Assembly: GCF_021028975.2 (NCBI RefSeq)
Contig: NC_059429.1
Span: 109,182,001-109,246,000 of the forward strand
Direction of reading: 5' to 3'
DNA: 64,000 nt
Source of the DNA: Sphaerodactylus townsendi
Lineage: Eukaryota
The notes under the pieces are model-generated. The model saw only the letters and a list, made by a program, of their open reading frames with translations, did not search any database and was not told the origin of the DNA. This document shows positions 37,441-50,733 of this stretch, piece after piece. Positions within the stretch are counted from its first letter, which is position 1, and every line of letters begins with the position of its first letter. The position numbers were made by a program, and so were the translations under genes.

Positions 37441-38485
37441 TCCAGCCTGAGCAGAACAGGTCTGACTAGGTCTGAGCACCTTTTCAGTAATTGTCAGGTT
37501 CAGCTTTAAAAGACCCGATAATTTACAGGGAAGTCAAAAAAAGCCGATCCCCCTTCGCAGGTGGGGAGAGAGGGCTGCCTGTGGGATAGGGTATCTCCTG
37601 GTCTCGCAGGCAGTCAAGAAAGTCAAAAATCATTCAGCTTTATTGGAGCCAGGCTTTTGCAGGGGGATAGCCTGTATTTTTTGGGAAGAAAACCCCCCCA
37701 AAAAAGGCGAAATGGCTTTTGGGTTTCTTTTTTAATCATTTGAATTTATTGAATGATCAGCCCTAGTCCTGACAAGAAGACAGATGCCTTCCCAACCAGC
37801 AGAATTCCTAGCTCATCCAAAGTCAGCTTTTTCTTCAGGGAGAAAAGCATCCATTTGAAAAAGACTTCTGAAAGATCAGCTCATGTCCCCTAGCTGCACA
37901 AAATGCATGGTTTGACGGCATTAAAAATCACTAGCACCTTCAGGAAGTACCTCCCTCCCAAGAGTCACACACAAGCACACAGTGTGGAGATCATGGAAAA
38001 GTGATATTGATTGACAGTCTTTCTTGAAAACTTAACAGCTGTCTTTCACTTTAGATCCATTTAGGAGCTCTGGAAGCGACTATTAAATTTGCAAGCCACT
38101 AAACTGAAGAATTATTCTCATCTTATTGATTTCAAGCCCCATTTTTTTTTCAAATGGCTGACAATCATCCCATCAGCATCCTCCAGATTTCTGCTTCGTG
38201 CTCTGCCACTGTCAATCTTACTGCCAACATTTTTTAGGATACTCCTGGACTGTCAGCATCTCCCTGTTGTTTTTTCCCATTTAGTTTCCTCACACCAGAT
38301 ATGGATGGGTGGAGTTCAGCATCTACAGAAGCCTAGTGGTTGGGATGCCTAGGACTGGCTGCTCAGGAATGATAGTCATGCTAATCTAGGTATAAACAAG
38401 GTATAAAGAGGGAAAAGGTGGCATTAGGATGAGGTGAGACAATATCTACATTTCATCCCCACTTCCTAAGATATGCCTTCAACAG

Positions 38486-38555
38486 TAGAATAGAATAGAA
38501 TAGAATAGAATAGAATAGAATAGAATAGAATAGAATAGAATAGAATAGAATAGAA
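38486..38555. repeat. (TAGAA)14 microsatellite
   Basis: Perfect pentanucleotide array. Confidence 0.97.
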
Positions 38556-38689
38556 ACTGATGATGAAATAACAGTCAAGCAACAGTTGCTCTGGAGAACC
38601 GAGCTTGGGTTTTGTGGTTCAAGGGAACTGTTTCCCTCACATACCAAGAAAAGAGACGTATTGAGACTCATTATCCCTCTTGTGTTTCA

Positions 38690-39400
38690 AAGTAGCCCAA
38701 AAAAGGGATGGCTGCTGTCTGTAGCCCATCAAAAGCCCTGGCAAGCAAGTAACTCTCACAATGCCTTCTGAAGATATTCAGCAAGGGAACTCCCCTAATT
38801 TCTTCAGGGAGCCATGATGGAAAATTCTTGGGCTCTGTTCAATACTGGGGGGACTGACCTGGGTGGAAAATCATGACCATAACTGACTCGTGGGATGACA
38901 AGAGAGGAGACAGTCTTTCAGGCATGCAGACTCCAGGCTGTAAAGGGTTTTAAAGGGTCAAAACCAGCACCTTGAGTTTAACTGAAAAACAAATCAGCTG
39001 CCAATGCAGCTGGTTCAAAATGGGCAAGACATTCCCATCAGCCAGTCCCTAACAGTAACCGGGATGCCCAAGCAATGCAGTTTCTGCATTGTCTACAAGG
39101 GCAGCTCCACGCAGAGCATAGTGAGCCCGCTCAATCAACAAGGCATTAGTGGTCTCACCGAGTCTAATAAAAGCCAGAAGGGATACGGATCAAGAGCACG
39201 GATGGTGGCTCTCACACTCCGAAGGACTCTGTCAGCATTCATAGGTATGGTCAGTGTGAAACTACCCATTACAAATGAACAAGCAACTGCTTCTGGCACT
39301 TCAGATACCAGATCTGCCCTCAACTTCGTCCCCAAATCAGAACGGATGAGAGATTTGCCTGCAAAGTACCTTGCAAAAAGGATCACTCACAAACCACTAT
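38690..39400 (-). mobile_element. Decayed L2-like LINE fragment
   Basis: caaaaccagcaccttgagtt..cagctgccaatgcagc and aagggcagctccacgcagagcat motifs typical of L2 ORF2 3' ends. Confidence 0.5.
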
Positions 39401-40548
39401 AAAAAACTGAGCTGAACAAGATTCAAGTGGCAGAGAAGAGGGCCTTCTTCGCCCCCAACACTACTTTATAGGCCTGCAAATGGGCTTAATTGCATGGGAA
39501 CACAGGAGGGGGAAGTTAACCCTCCTTCTCCCAGCAGCATAGTTGTAAAACCTTGGGAACATCTGTCTTTCACTGGTAAATAACATGATGATTTTTGCTG
39601 CAAACCAAACCACCTTTATGCTATTTTAGTCTCCCTCCCTTGATTCAAAATGGGGGGGGGGGGTTAACTGCACACCAAGGGAAGCAGAAATGTATGGCAG
39701 GTTTGATAACTTTCCCTTGACCTTTTCCTGGCCATGCTGGCAGGAAACTGGCCAAAAAGTTATGTTCCGCCCCTGCATGGGTAGACTCAGAGGCTCAGAC
39801 AGAACCTCCAGTAGTTCCTGCAGGACCAGGTTCAGAGACTAAGACAGAACACAGAGACAGAGCACAGCCAGGCTCAAGCCCTGGGACTCGGCAGCATTCT
39901 TATACCGAGCTGGGTACAGGAGGTCCACAGCCAGCTCCCTCACTCCCTCCAGAGCCCCACAAGCAATGACGAAAAGAGCTGCACACCAGTTTACAGGAAT
40001 GGAGATGAAGCAGATTAGAAGCTCTGGGGCAAGATGGGCTCAATGAGAATTATCAGGATTGAGATGAGCCGGGCTCAATTGAGGCAACTCAGTTGTATAG
40101 GATTTACACTGGTGGGTGGGGAATTTAGTACATAAGAGGCTGGAAATCAGGCTGTGGTATGGCAACAACATTGTGCCTTAACTCAGAAGCCACTGATCTT
40201 GTTTCAGTAGCTTAATCCTGTTTTGATCTCAGTCTGTAATTCTGACCTGACTTTGTTACACCCCTCTGCTTTGATATCTTGGTGTGCATTAAATGGATGG
40301 AGTGACTGTGTATGGACTCCGGCCCTGATTGGTGAGTGTCTGTTTATGACAACAGATATAGCAACATAACTTCGCACCCAGTGAGAAATGTTTGACTTTG
40401 GACAGAAGAGCAAGGAGAAGTATCGCATATTAAATACTGGAGTCTTTATATCATATGATAATACTTATATTACAAGGATGTGAGGATATTAAATATGTAC
40501 AAGAGTGCAGCAATTCCAAGAGATGTTAATACCAAGACAAATCCATAC

Positions 40549-40659
40549 CTGTAGATCTCTAACGCTCTCTTAATATGTTCTTTTCCGTCTCCTTCTCTGT
40601 TCTTGTAGGCATCCCTAAAATCTCTTTGTTGTGACAGCGGCAGTCCTCCAGAATCAGAC
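40549..40659 (-). other. ZHX3: Probable ZHX3 upstream leader exon (111 nt)
   Basis: Acceptor tctcacag|, donor CAG|gtatgg; purine-rich (ESE-like) body; non-repetitive sequence. Confidence 0.6.
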
Positions 40660-40979
40660 CTGTGAGAATTTTTAAAAATTATATTAATGCTTAGTAATTA
40701 ATTGCTACTAATTCAAGTTCTTTAAGGATAAGACTGGCCTTAAATGAGTCAGTCCAGGGTCCACTCCAGCCCAGCACTGCTACAAATTTAACTACTTGGA
40801 TAAAACTGATGTTTTTGTTTTTAAGATGAAATGGGGGGGGGGGGGCGGGTTAGGAAAAAGCTTCTGATCAGGATTATCAAAATCTTAACTTGCGAGTATC
40901 TCGTGTGTATTATCAAAGTCTTATCTTGGGGGTACCTTGTGTGTAGAATGGGAAGGTATGCAGATTTAAAATGCCACTA

Positions 40980-41212
40980 CCGTGTTTCCCCGAATATAAG
41001 ACAGTGTCTTATATTAATTTTTGCTCCCAAAGATGTGCTATGTCTTATTTTCAGGGGATGTCTTATTTTTCCTGTGTTCTGTTCATCGGGCATGCTTCCA
41101 AACAAAAACTTTACTATGTCTTACTTTCGGGGGATGCCTTATATTTCGGACTTCAGCAAAACCTCTACTATGTCTTATTTTTCGGGGATGTCTTATATTA
41201 GGGGAAACAGGG
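40980..41212. mobile_element. Tc1/mariner (Tc2-like) MITE
   Basis: TIR ccgtgtttccccgaa.ataagac; TA TSD; internal atgtcttattttc.ggggatg repeats; second copy at 45306. Confidence 0.88.
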
Positions 41213-42105
41213 TATTATCCAAGGAGGAAAAATTGAAAACACAAGAACAGCAGCTGTTTGAACAACATGAATATCCAGCCTGATGGAGAGCTTGGAGAAC
41301 CTGAAAGATTGAACACTGTTTTGTATTATTTAGTCCTAAGAAAAGGTTTTATGTGACTTTTTAAAAATATGGATTTGCTTTGGATGAGTGCAGCCACCCC
41401 CCTGTCTCTTTCTGCTAACAGACTATTCAGGATTACTACTTTGGAGATAACAAATGGAACAGCTCCTCCACAGACAGGTATACCACAAATTTCAACATTT
41501 TTAGTGTGTGAGACAGTGCAAGTGTCTGAAAGAGAACATTTATGTATAAAACTTCTCCACTTGTCAGGGAGAAGTGTCCTAGCCAGGGAAAGGGAGCCAT
41601 TGTCTTTCTGTGCTTCTGTCTTCCCTTCCTCCTGACTCATAAATAACCAGACCAAGGCAAAATCACAGGCTGCTCTGTCATCACTCTCGACTAACTATAA
41701 GTAGGACAAGCTTTGAGAGACCATGAGGAAAATATATGTAGGAGTGCCTCACCCTTTCTAGGAACATCATTACATTTCTCCATAAGAAAAAACGTACATC
41801 AGTCTGTCTTCAGACTCTGTGGAAACATTTCCCTACTTTAATTTCTCATTTTAACAATAAGGTGGAAATGTAAGAATTGGCAGGAAGAATTGACAGGATA
41901 CATTTTAGGCCAACCTTTTTTGCTTTTCAACAGGAGTCAGACAAATGCCTTTGGAGGCGTACAAGGAGCGGCCTCAAGACAGACTGCGACACCCCCTCTT
42001 GCTAGTCCTCAGCACTAGCAATCAGATGTTGCAGCTGTTCACTACTGTGCCTAATAATCATTTGATAAACCTTTGGATCTGTTCCCCCTGCCAAGGGAAA
42101 GCCAA

Positions 42106-42356
42106 GAGCCAGAACAGTGTTGTAGTTAAGGTGTTGGACTAGGACCCAGGAAACCCAAGTTCAAATCCTCACCCCTGCCATGCAAATTTGCTGGGTGACC
42201 TCTCAGCCCTGACCCTTGCTAGCACTTGCATGGGAGACCTCCAAGGAATACCAGGACCATGATGCAGGAAAAGGCAATGGCAAACCACCTCCAAAAGCCT
42301 CTTGCCTTGAAAAACATACAGGGTTGCCATCAGTCAGGTGTGACTTGAAAGCAAAA
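42106..42356 (+). mobile_element. Chimeric tRNA/5S/Bov-B-tail SINE
   Basis: tRNA-like head with B-box gttcaaatcc; 5S-like tagcacttgcatgggagacctccaaggaatacc; tail ggcaatggcaaaccacctcc...gacttgaaagca. Confidence 0.75.
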
Positions 42357-45305
42357 GAGAAGAGGGGAGCCAAAAAATAAACACAAAGAGTGAAGAAGAC
42401 AAGAACGGCTCTTCGCTCATAGTCAAACCACCACAAGCAACTCATGTCATTTTCTAGCCAGAAGCTTCACAGGCATCAACTAGCCAGGAAGCTGTTTAGA
42501 GAAGCTCTCACAACCAAACCGATACCGTTATAAACCATAGCTATATTTAAATCAGCAACTTGACTTTCCACTGTAGGTCACCTGGCCTCTTTCAAAGTGG
42601 CTGGTTAATTCTATCTACTCAGAACTCACACAGTTAAGCTGGCTTCTTGTTGTTTAAAAGTGAATGAATCGACTTAAGAGGTACCTGTAAAGGAATACAA
42701 AACTCTCCCCAAAACAAAATATACAGGACACACAACAAAACTTCAAGATACTGTAATTTCAAAGGATTAGTAGTGGGTTTAACATGCATTTATTCAACCC
42801 TGCTTCCTGGGGAGTTAAATTACAATCCCTGATACAGTTACCATGCACAAAAACTACAGCACAGACAGCGAAACAACAATGGACTAAAGGGGAGGGGGAG
42901 AGAATCTCCCCTCTCCCAATGTAAAAGTTACAGTTTGGGGGAGGTGCAAAAATGTTTCCAAAAGCAGAAAAAAATGACATTGTCTTTCTTCTGCACACCC
43001 CCCCCACCCCCGCTTGTTCATAGCCGATTTGCCTGGTTTGCTGCTGCTTTGGAGGTAGGAAATATAACCTCATGGCCTTGCAATACGGTGCTTGCTATTT
43101 CCTCCCCTGGTAGTTCTTTTGCCCCCATCCAATTATAGCTACCCAGAGTTACTCATATATATATATAGCACCATCAAGTTGCTTTACAGAGTACGAGACA
43201 TCCAGTCTGTGACCTGAAGAGTAGTCCTATTCACAATCAGCCCCTATTTGTCAGGTGAATAGGAGAACTGACCCACTTGCCTCAATTCCAGGTAGGGCTG
43301 CCAACTTCAGGATGGGAGCCTGGGGAAGGGCAGAGCTCAGCATGAAATGTGATGTCTACCCTCTACCCTTTTCTCCAGGGAAACTACTCTGTAGCTAGAA
43401 CAGTTTTAATTTCAGGAGAACTCCAGGCCCCACCTGAAAACTGGCAATTTTAACTCCAAGGATGTGCTTTGCCACCCAACACTTGTCTCCATGTAAACAG
43501 CTTTGCTCTTCTCACAAAGGAATGTTAATAATGACTGAACATTGCTTCATTTTTCAGGAAGAAAAATGCTGGCGAAGTGTGTTCTTCCTCCAACTGGAGC
43601 GCAGCGTTACACCACATCCGATCCACTTTATGTTTGCAAGCAATGTAATTAATTTAAGAAATGGAAAAGAAGTGCACATTCACAGCTTTAGGTAAATATC
43701 CTGAAAAAAGCAACTGGTTTCCGATCACCACAGATCTATCGCCCGTGAAAAAAGTGGGGCTGAAGGGTCTAAAAATTGTGAAAGGCATGTAACAGTAGAC
43801 TCTTTTGAGAAACAACACAACTTCCGCACAAGAGGGAACAACCAAGAGCAAGCCTAAACTTGTAGTGCCGCTGATGGCAGCGCAAAAATATCAAAAGAAC
43901 CAGGGAAGGTGTCGAACGTTTCTCTAATCGTACCAAATAATAACCAGAATAATACAAGAAGCATAAAAAACCTTCTAAAGTCCCAATTAGTATGAGTAGT
44001 AAAAAAAAAAAAAGATTAAGCAGCTCTAAAATCCAAGCAACAATGAATATATCAGGACATGAAATTCAAGCTAAGCCAAAACAATCAGATAAATTAAACG
44101 CTGTGTTCAGTTCCCCACTTACAAGTCCCCCAAAATAATATATTCTCCAGAAGACAAAGAACGAGGAGGATGTCTTGGTCTCCCAGGGCAGGAAACTTTC
44201 AAGCTTGTGACCGCAGCTAGAAAAGCACAGACTTTCTAGCCTTATTTAATTGACAGCCCAACCACAGAGAAGGGCAAAACAAGATGATCTTCAACTTCAC
44301 AAATCCCTAATAAAAATCCCTACATCCCTTAGGAATCTTGCTATAGAACACCCTCCCACTTCCAAGCAGATTCAGGTTAGTTACAGTTTGAAAAACTAGT
44401 ATACTTGCCGGCATACCCAAAATTGCCACCAATTAAAATTCAACAAAGGCCGTTTCATCTACTTCACTAGACCTGTAGTGTATTTATTTTGTTCCAGGTT
44501 TACTTGTGATGCTGTGAAATTCCATTTCAAATTTTCTAGCAAAATGTGGGAAATTCAGGTAACAGGTCCCTTACAATAGAGTGAGAGAAAAGCACAAATT
44601 TGACAAATCCCCCTTTCAATCTTCACTTCATTAACATACTAGCAGTACCATCCTAAACAGAGTTACATCCTTCTAAATATGTTGAAGTCAATGGGCTTAA
44701 AAGGGTGTGCCTCTGTGTAGGATTGCACTCTGGATAACCTTCAGCGAGGTCTCTATTTATCAGCATTATCTGCAACATGGGGCTGCTAATACTGTCCTAC
44801 CTTATAGAGTTATTTAAGGCTACTGAAGTGATGTGTGCCAAATGCTTTTGTTACAAAAATAGTGAAGCACTATTATTAGTACTACAAAATTACATTTCAG
44901 GATACTGAGTAACTGCCAATGGGAGGGAGAGGCTGAAGTCAGCAACAGGAAACTGGATAGTCTCCTGCATTTTGCTACTACTTTTCATAATTATAGTCTG
45001 CAGGGAAATGCACTACCGACTAAGTTTAAGGCATGGGGAAACCTACAAACCAATTCCCCATTGGATAAACAATAGGTGCATGGCCCCTAAATTTACAGGG
45101 GCATCCAGGAGCTACTGTTTGCTGTCCAGGAGAAATGTACCGGCACCATGTGGCTGCCTGTCTATTATTTCCAGCAGTACAATTGCAGTTGGGGGTGGGG
45201 AGACAGAGTTGGAAAAATGGAACAGGTTAGATCTCTTTCCAACACACCATTGCCCCATTCAAAACAAGAGATTCCACGGTTGCTATTGACTTCTCTAACT
45301 GCCTA

Positions 45306-45537
45306 CCGTGTTTCCCCGAAAATAAGACAGTGTCTTATGTTAATTTTTGCTCCCAAAGATGCGCTATGTCTTATTTCCAGGGGATGTCTTATTTTTCTGT
45401 ATTCTGTTCGTTGGGCATGCTTCCAAACAAAAACTTTGCTATGACTTTCTTTCAGAGGATGCCTTATATTTCGCCCTTCGGCAAAACCTCTACTATGTCT
45501 TATTTTCAGGGGATGTCTTATATTCAGGGAAACGGGG
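45306..45537. mobile_element. Tc1/mariner (Tc2-like) MITE
   Basis: Collinear and highly similar to the 40980 copy; TA TSD. Confidence 0.88.
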
Positions 45538-46841
45538 TATCTGTTTATGGATCTCTCAATAAGCTGACTCTAATGGCAGGTTTCTGTGTGTAGAAGGGAT
45601 AGGGATTTTTTGCCAACTGCCCCCTCATTGAAACACCCTGGATGTCAAAAACTAGATGGCAGAAATTCTGTGTTGCTCCTTGTCTGAACCGCTGGCTGAA
45701 ATATACAACTCCCTAACCAGGTATGGGGGGGGGGGAGGGGGGCCAGGGAGTTGAGGAGAAAAAAATGTCTGGAAGCACAGATGCTCTTCATTCTTCATGC
45801 TGACCAAAGTAAGTGTACTGTGCCAAAGCCAAAGGCATAGTAGCATAAAGATTTTTATTTGCTGTAATAAGAGTTATAAACCTTGTTCAATGCTGTATTT
45901 TTTATGATCCAAGTTTTATTGACAGAGCCCCCGGGGTCTGGGCGGGCAGGCGTTCATCTGAGCACACAGACTCTTTCCTTTGCCTCTGCAGCACTCCTGC
46001 TATGATGGTTTTCCATTTACAATCGCTATGCATTTGCCTCCTTTTATACCATAAAAACTTTCCATCTACATAAAAGCTTCAGAAAAAAGTCAAACAGAAA
46101 ATTAGATGCTGGGGAAAGAGTTCCAGGACTAGCTGCACAGGTAGACATATTTTGAATAGGAGAGAACACCACCCCTCCAGAGCCCATTAGAAATCTAACT
46201 AAGTAGAGGAATAGTAACATCAGGCTACAGGATCAAAGGCTATTGAAGATCTCTTCCCCATATAATTACAGAAGTCATTTAAATTTTTGAGCCGTGCCAC
46301 TGGGTTTCACGCAATATTACACTCTGTAATTGAAAACAAGGCATTTTACTATTTCTTCAGAAATGTTTCAACAGCATACAGAATTACTCAGCCCCTTTCC
46401 TTTATCAGTCTTAAGGTCTCCTTAAACTCAATTCAGATTTGGGGGAGGGGGTGTGTGTAGAGCAGAGGGACAGCGTATTGCCTCCAAAGGGGCTTTGGGC
46501 AGCACAAAAAGAAGGGAAATTTTTAGAACCTTCCTGATGCCCAAATAGCCCCAGGCTAAACAGATTTACCGGTATGCCATACTTTTTGATGGTGTAAGTC
46601 TACGGCAGCGGAGGCAGGCGTTCCCAGGCTGGAAGGTTGGCAGAAGCCAACTAAAGTCCATTCAAACCCCGGAAATTCACCCAACCTGCCCCCCCCCAAT
46701 GCTGTGCCAGCATGGCTTGGACATTGGTGCAGCTCCTGGGCATTTGCTACTTCCGGGTGTGGATGCCATAGAGCTGTACAATGCCCGTGCACTGGCGCCT
46801 TTGTCCTCTCCCCCATCTTTGTTCTCCCCATTGGCATAGGT

Positions 46842-46987
46842 CTGTGGTGGCGAACCTTTGGCCCTCCAGATGTTACGGACTACAATTCCCATCAGCCCCT
46901 GCCAGCATTACCAATTGGCCATGCTGGCAGGGGCTGATGGGAATTGTAGTCCATAACATCTGGAGTGCCAAAGGTTTGCCACCACTG
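46842..46987. mobile_element. Palindromic hAT-type MITE
   Basis: Inverted arms of about 70 bp around ccaattgg; imperfect TSD containing ataggt. Confidence 0.88.
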
Positions 46988-47411
46988 GATAGGTGCTCTC
47001 TATGCCAGTGGGGTAAGCAAATGTGCAGGTGCAGCCCTCCACTATCCCCAGAAGTCGATTACCCCCCTGCCTCCCCCCCATCATCTGGATTAGGCCCTTA
47101 CTCTTCAAAAACAAAACACTTTCCCTACCACTGAGTTCTACTGGAAACATACCAATTACCACTATTCCTGGTTTTATTTGCTCACAGGCTCAAACTTAGA
47201 AGTCGCTTCCACAACATTTAACTCAAAACACAGGGTTCCAGTACTGCGTGATACTGTAACAGCTAAATCCTGTTTGTGACATAGCAGCAACTTATGGAAA
47301 GGAACATCACGTTTTCAAGGATGAATGACAGGTTTGGGGAGGAGTTCATCATAAGGATCAATGAGCCCATACTGCCAGGTTCACTCACAGGTAATGAAAA
47401 GACACATATTC

Positions 47412-48771
47412 TTTTTTTAAAAAATAATATTTATTAAATTTTTCATAGTATACACAAACATAAAAAGTAACATTTTTGTTTAAAATAGATAGTTGAAAAG
47501 TTTTCTTATTACATTCCCCTACTTGGGAATTGTCTTGATGTACGAACTCTACATACATCCTTCAAGCTTAGACTTCAACCAATCGTTATTTTATATCTCA
47601 AAACACAAATCGAATAACAAATACTAGCCTATTTTTCTATACTTAATTAACTCATATCATTGTTTATACACCTTTTACAGAACAGGAAATATAAAAGAAA
47701 AATAGGTTTACAGGAATACAGCAAATGCATTCAGGCTCAATTCTTTTAATTTACTTGAAAGGTTGTCCTGAAGAATTCCTTCAGTAATGTCCAGTCTTTT
47801 TTTGTGTCCTTGTGTTGCAGATTCCCACTCAATATATCTAAGTCCATATAAATCCATAGTTTTGTATACCAGTCCAGAAGAGAAGGTAAGTTCGGTGTTT
47901 TCCAATACTTAGCTAGTTCAATGCGGGCCGATGAAGCTATGTATGTTAATAGTTTTGAATGACAAAAAAGTTTTTTATCATTATATAACCCCAACAGATA
48001 GATTTCTGGTATCATTTCAAATTTCAATTTCAATATTTGCTGTGTTTTCTTATGTATCTTTCTCCAAAAGTTTTGTATTTTTTCGCACGACCACCAAGAG
48101 TGGAAGAATGAACCTATCGCCTTACCACACTTCCAGCACAGAGGTGGATATTTGTTGTTTATTTTAGAAATTTTCAATGGAGTGATATACCATCTATGTA
48201 TGAGTTTACCTATGTTCTCTCTTATATCTATACATGGTATGTTTTTATATGCTTTTTTCCATATTTGTTCCCACTCTTTTAAAGCTAGATTTCTGTCCAA
48301 GCTTTTACTCCACTCTACCATACTGGATTTGATAAGTTCCTCCTCAGTGTCCAGCAATAAAAGTAATTTATAGATTTTACTAATCTGTTTTTTTCCTCCC
48401 CTTCCTATTATTTCATCAAAGGTAGTTTGTTTCATGAAACCCCAAAGTTGTTAATCTTTTTTAAAGAATTGATACAACTGTACATAAGTGAACCATTGGC
48501 ATGGCTTTCCCATTATGGCGATTTGCTCTCTATCTTTTAAAGTAATTTGGTTATTATGCAGGGTCAATAATGTTTTATATGTTAGCCAATTTGTGCCTTC
48601 ATTTTTGTCCCTTATTCTTAAAGCTTCCATACGGGATACCCATAGCGGGACTTTTCTGTAAAATGAATCTTTATATTTATCCCATAATTTAATCAGATGA
48701 CGTCTTACATAATGATTGTTAAATATATTGTATTTTTTGGATGGGTCTGGCCATAGTCTATCATGCCATCC
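47412..48771 (-). mobile_element. 5'-truncated L1-clade LINE
   Basis: ORF2 C-terminal cysteine-rich motif CWKCGKAIGSFFHSWWSC in ORF 47746-48435; AATAAA and A-rich tail; 14-bp TSD aaagacacatattc/aaagacgcatattc. Confidence 0.92.
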
Positions 48772-50509
48772 AAAGACGCATATTCAAGTGGTTAGGATTT
48801 CAACACACTTTGGAATGAAGCCGTTACTGGATACCAAAACTTTGAACTGTGAACTTACCAATAATTTGCCAGGAAAACAGTTTGAGGCGTAATGAGAGTG
48901 CAAGCAAAATGCTGATCAAATGGGTTTTAATTTGAAAGGCTTGTATAACATGCGGCAACATACTATGAACTGACATTTGTCCAGGCTGCTTGTTAATTCT
49001 AGTTATGCAACAGGGGCTATTGGAGTAGACAAACAGCAGGCAGATCCAGATTTAGGTTAAAAGCTCTGGAGCGCTGAGCTGCCCAATCTCTTTCTCCTCA
49101 ACAGTGCATCTCCTCCCCTCATTTGTCTAGACCACTTCCTTGCTCTGCTGCTCCTTTCAGGTCCAAACCCATCTCAGACTTGCTCAGGCACATTCCCATT
49201 CCCCCCCCCCCCCCCGTCTTTTCCTAGGAGCTTGAGCAGCTCAGCCAAGAGTAGCAACAGCTTCACCATCACTACAAAATCATCTGCTGCCTTACAACAT
49301 AAGTTCCTTGTAAGGGAAGTACAGATTTATAAATCAGCCCTCTAATACAGCACAGAGGAAGAATTCCCCCAGGTTTGGGGGAAAAAAATCTACCTTTTTC
49401 TTATCCACCAATTAGGTATCCACAGATCAGCCCAAACTTGAGAAATAGCTATTTAGAAGAAACTTTGGCCTTTATCAGATACTCCTAGTCTCGTGCTGCC
49501 AGAGAAAAACTCTGCAGCCTGGCAATGGCCAGTTGGAGTGCAGGACACACAGGGCTTGGGTGCTACTGTTGAAAAAAGTTCCCGCTTGGTAACTAAAATC
49601 ACAGGAAAAGGGATTCTTGACTGCCCCAGTGACCAAAGAAGCTCATCTGGTGGGTACACGAGAGAATTGTAGCCCAATGATTATAAAGTAACCTACCCAG
49701 GGAGGTGCACTTGGACCCTCATTCCTGAACTTTAGGAGGCAGCGTAAGACATAAATCACGTGTGAACAGAGGGTTCACCACTCAGGATTCATCTACCATT
49801 TTTTGCAAGGTAAATGGGCTTTTGCTGTCTGCTACACACTTTCTGCAAGTCTTCTCTTCCAGAAATGACCCCTAGCTTGAGGTATGCAAAAGGAGCCATC
49901 TGGCTCTAGTCCAGCTTCTTCAATTTCCCACTGAAAGAACCCAAAAACTTTATATGTGCTAACTAGGGAGAAAAATAAAATTCTGTTTGATCTAGAAACC
50001 TAAACTACTGGAAACAATTAGAGGCTTGTCACTGACAGTGTTTTGGGTTGTGTGCAAACACGTTGAAAGAAAATGAAGGAAACTTTGCAGGCAAGTCAAA
50101 TTTGCAACGCGACCTCAAACAGTTGACTGTAGATAGTTAATAAAAAAAAGTCGCTTTGTTTACTGTCCTCAGATGATCTTTCTTAGCCATTAATAGACAT
50201 GTTTTCAGCTCTTCTCTTGGCTTTTTACTTGTTGTTAAAACAGAAATAGGCTTAGTCACCTATTGGTTTAAGCCAGAGTCTATGGCACTACTTACTGGCT
50301 TCAACTGAATGCCACCAATGTTACTCAGCTGTGTAGACACATTGGCCACAGCTATTACATTTGTGACCTCTCTTACTCCTGATTCTTCTCACTGCAAGGT
50401 CATCAGAGCACAGTTTAGGTATGCCAAGAAGCTGTTCAACTGAGGTTCATTTATTTACTACACTTATAGCCCAGCTTTTGTCCATTATGAAACTCACAGG
50501 GGCACATGT

Positions 50510-50578
50510 AAGGCCCCCGGGAGGTCTCTCACTTAGGCACTGATCAGACCCAATCCTCCTTAGCTTCAGCAAGATTAG
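50510..50578 (-). mobile_element. Degenerate 5S rRNA-derived (SINE3-like) fragment
   Basis: Minus strand gaagctaaggagg..gggtctgatcagtgcctaagtgagagacctcc resembles the 5S internal control region. Confidence 0.5.
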
Positions 50579-50733
50579 ATGTAGCTACAAGTCATGTTTG
50601 CATGAACAGGAATATCTCACTTCTAAACTTACTCCACCTTTCAGGATCCCCTTGCTAAGTAACACCATGCTATCAGCACACTGCCCAACATTAAAATACA
50701 AGAATCTCACATCGTTTAACACTAAGCAAGTTT

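Noticed and set aside
40831-41283. ORFs with repeated MSYFQG / CLIFRG peptides (also 45148-45593)
   Set aside because: Artefact of MITE internal repeats; neither a repeat protein nor a CRISPR-like array
47746-48435. 229-aa ORF as a host gene
   Set aside because: L1 ORF2 C-terminus within a TSD-flanked, 5'-truncated insertion
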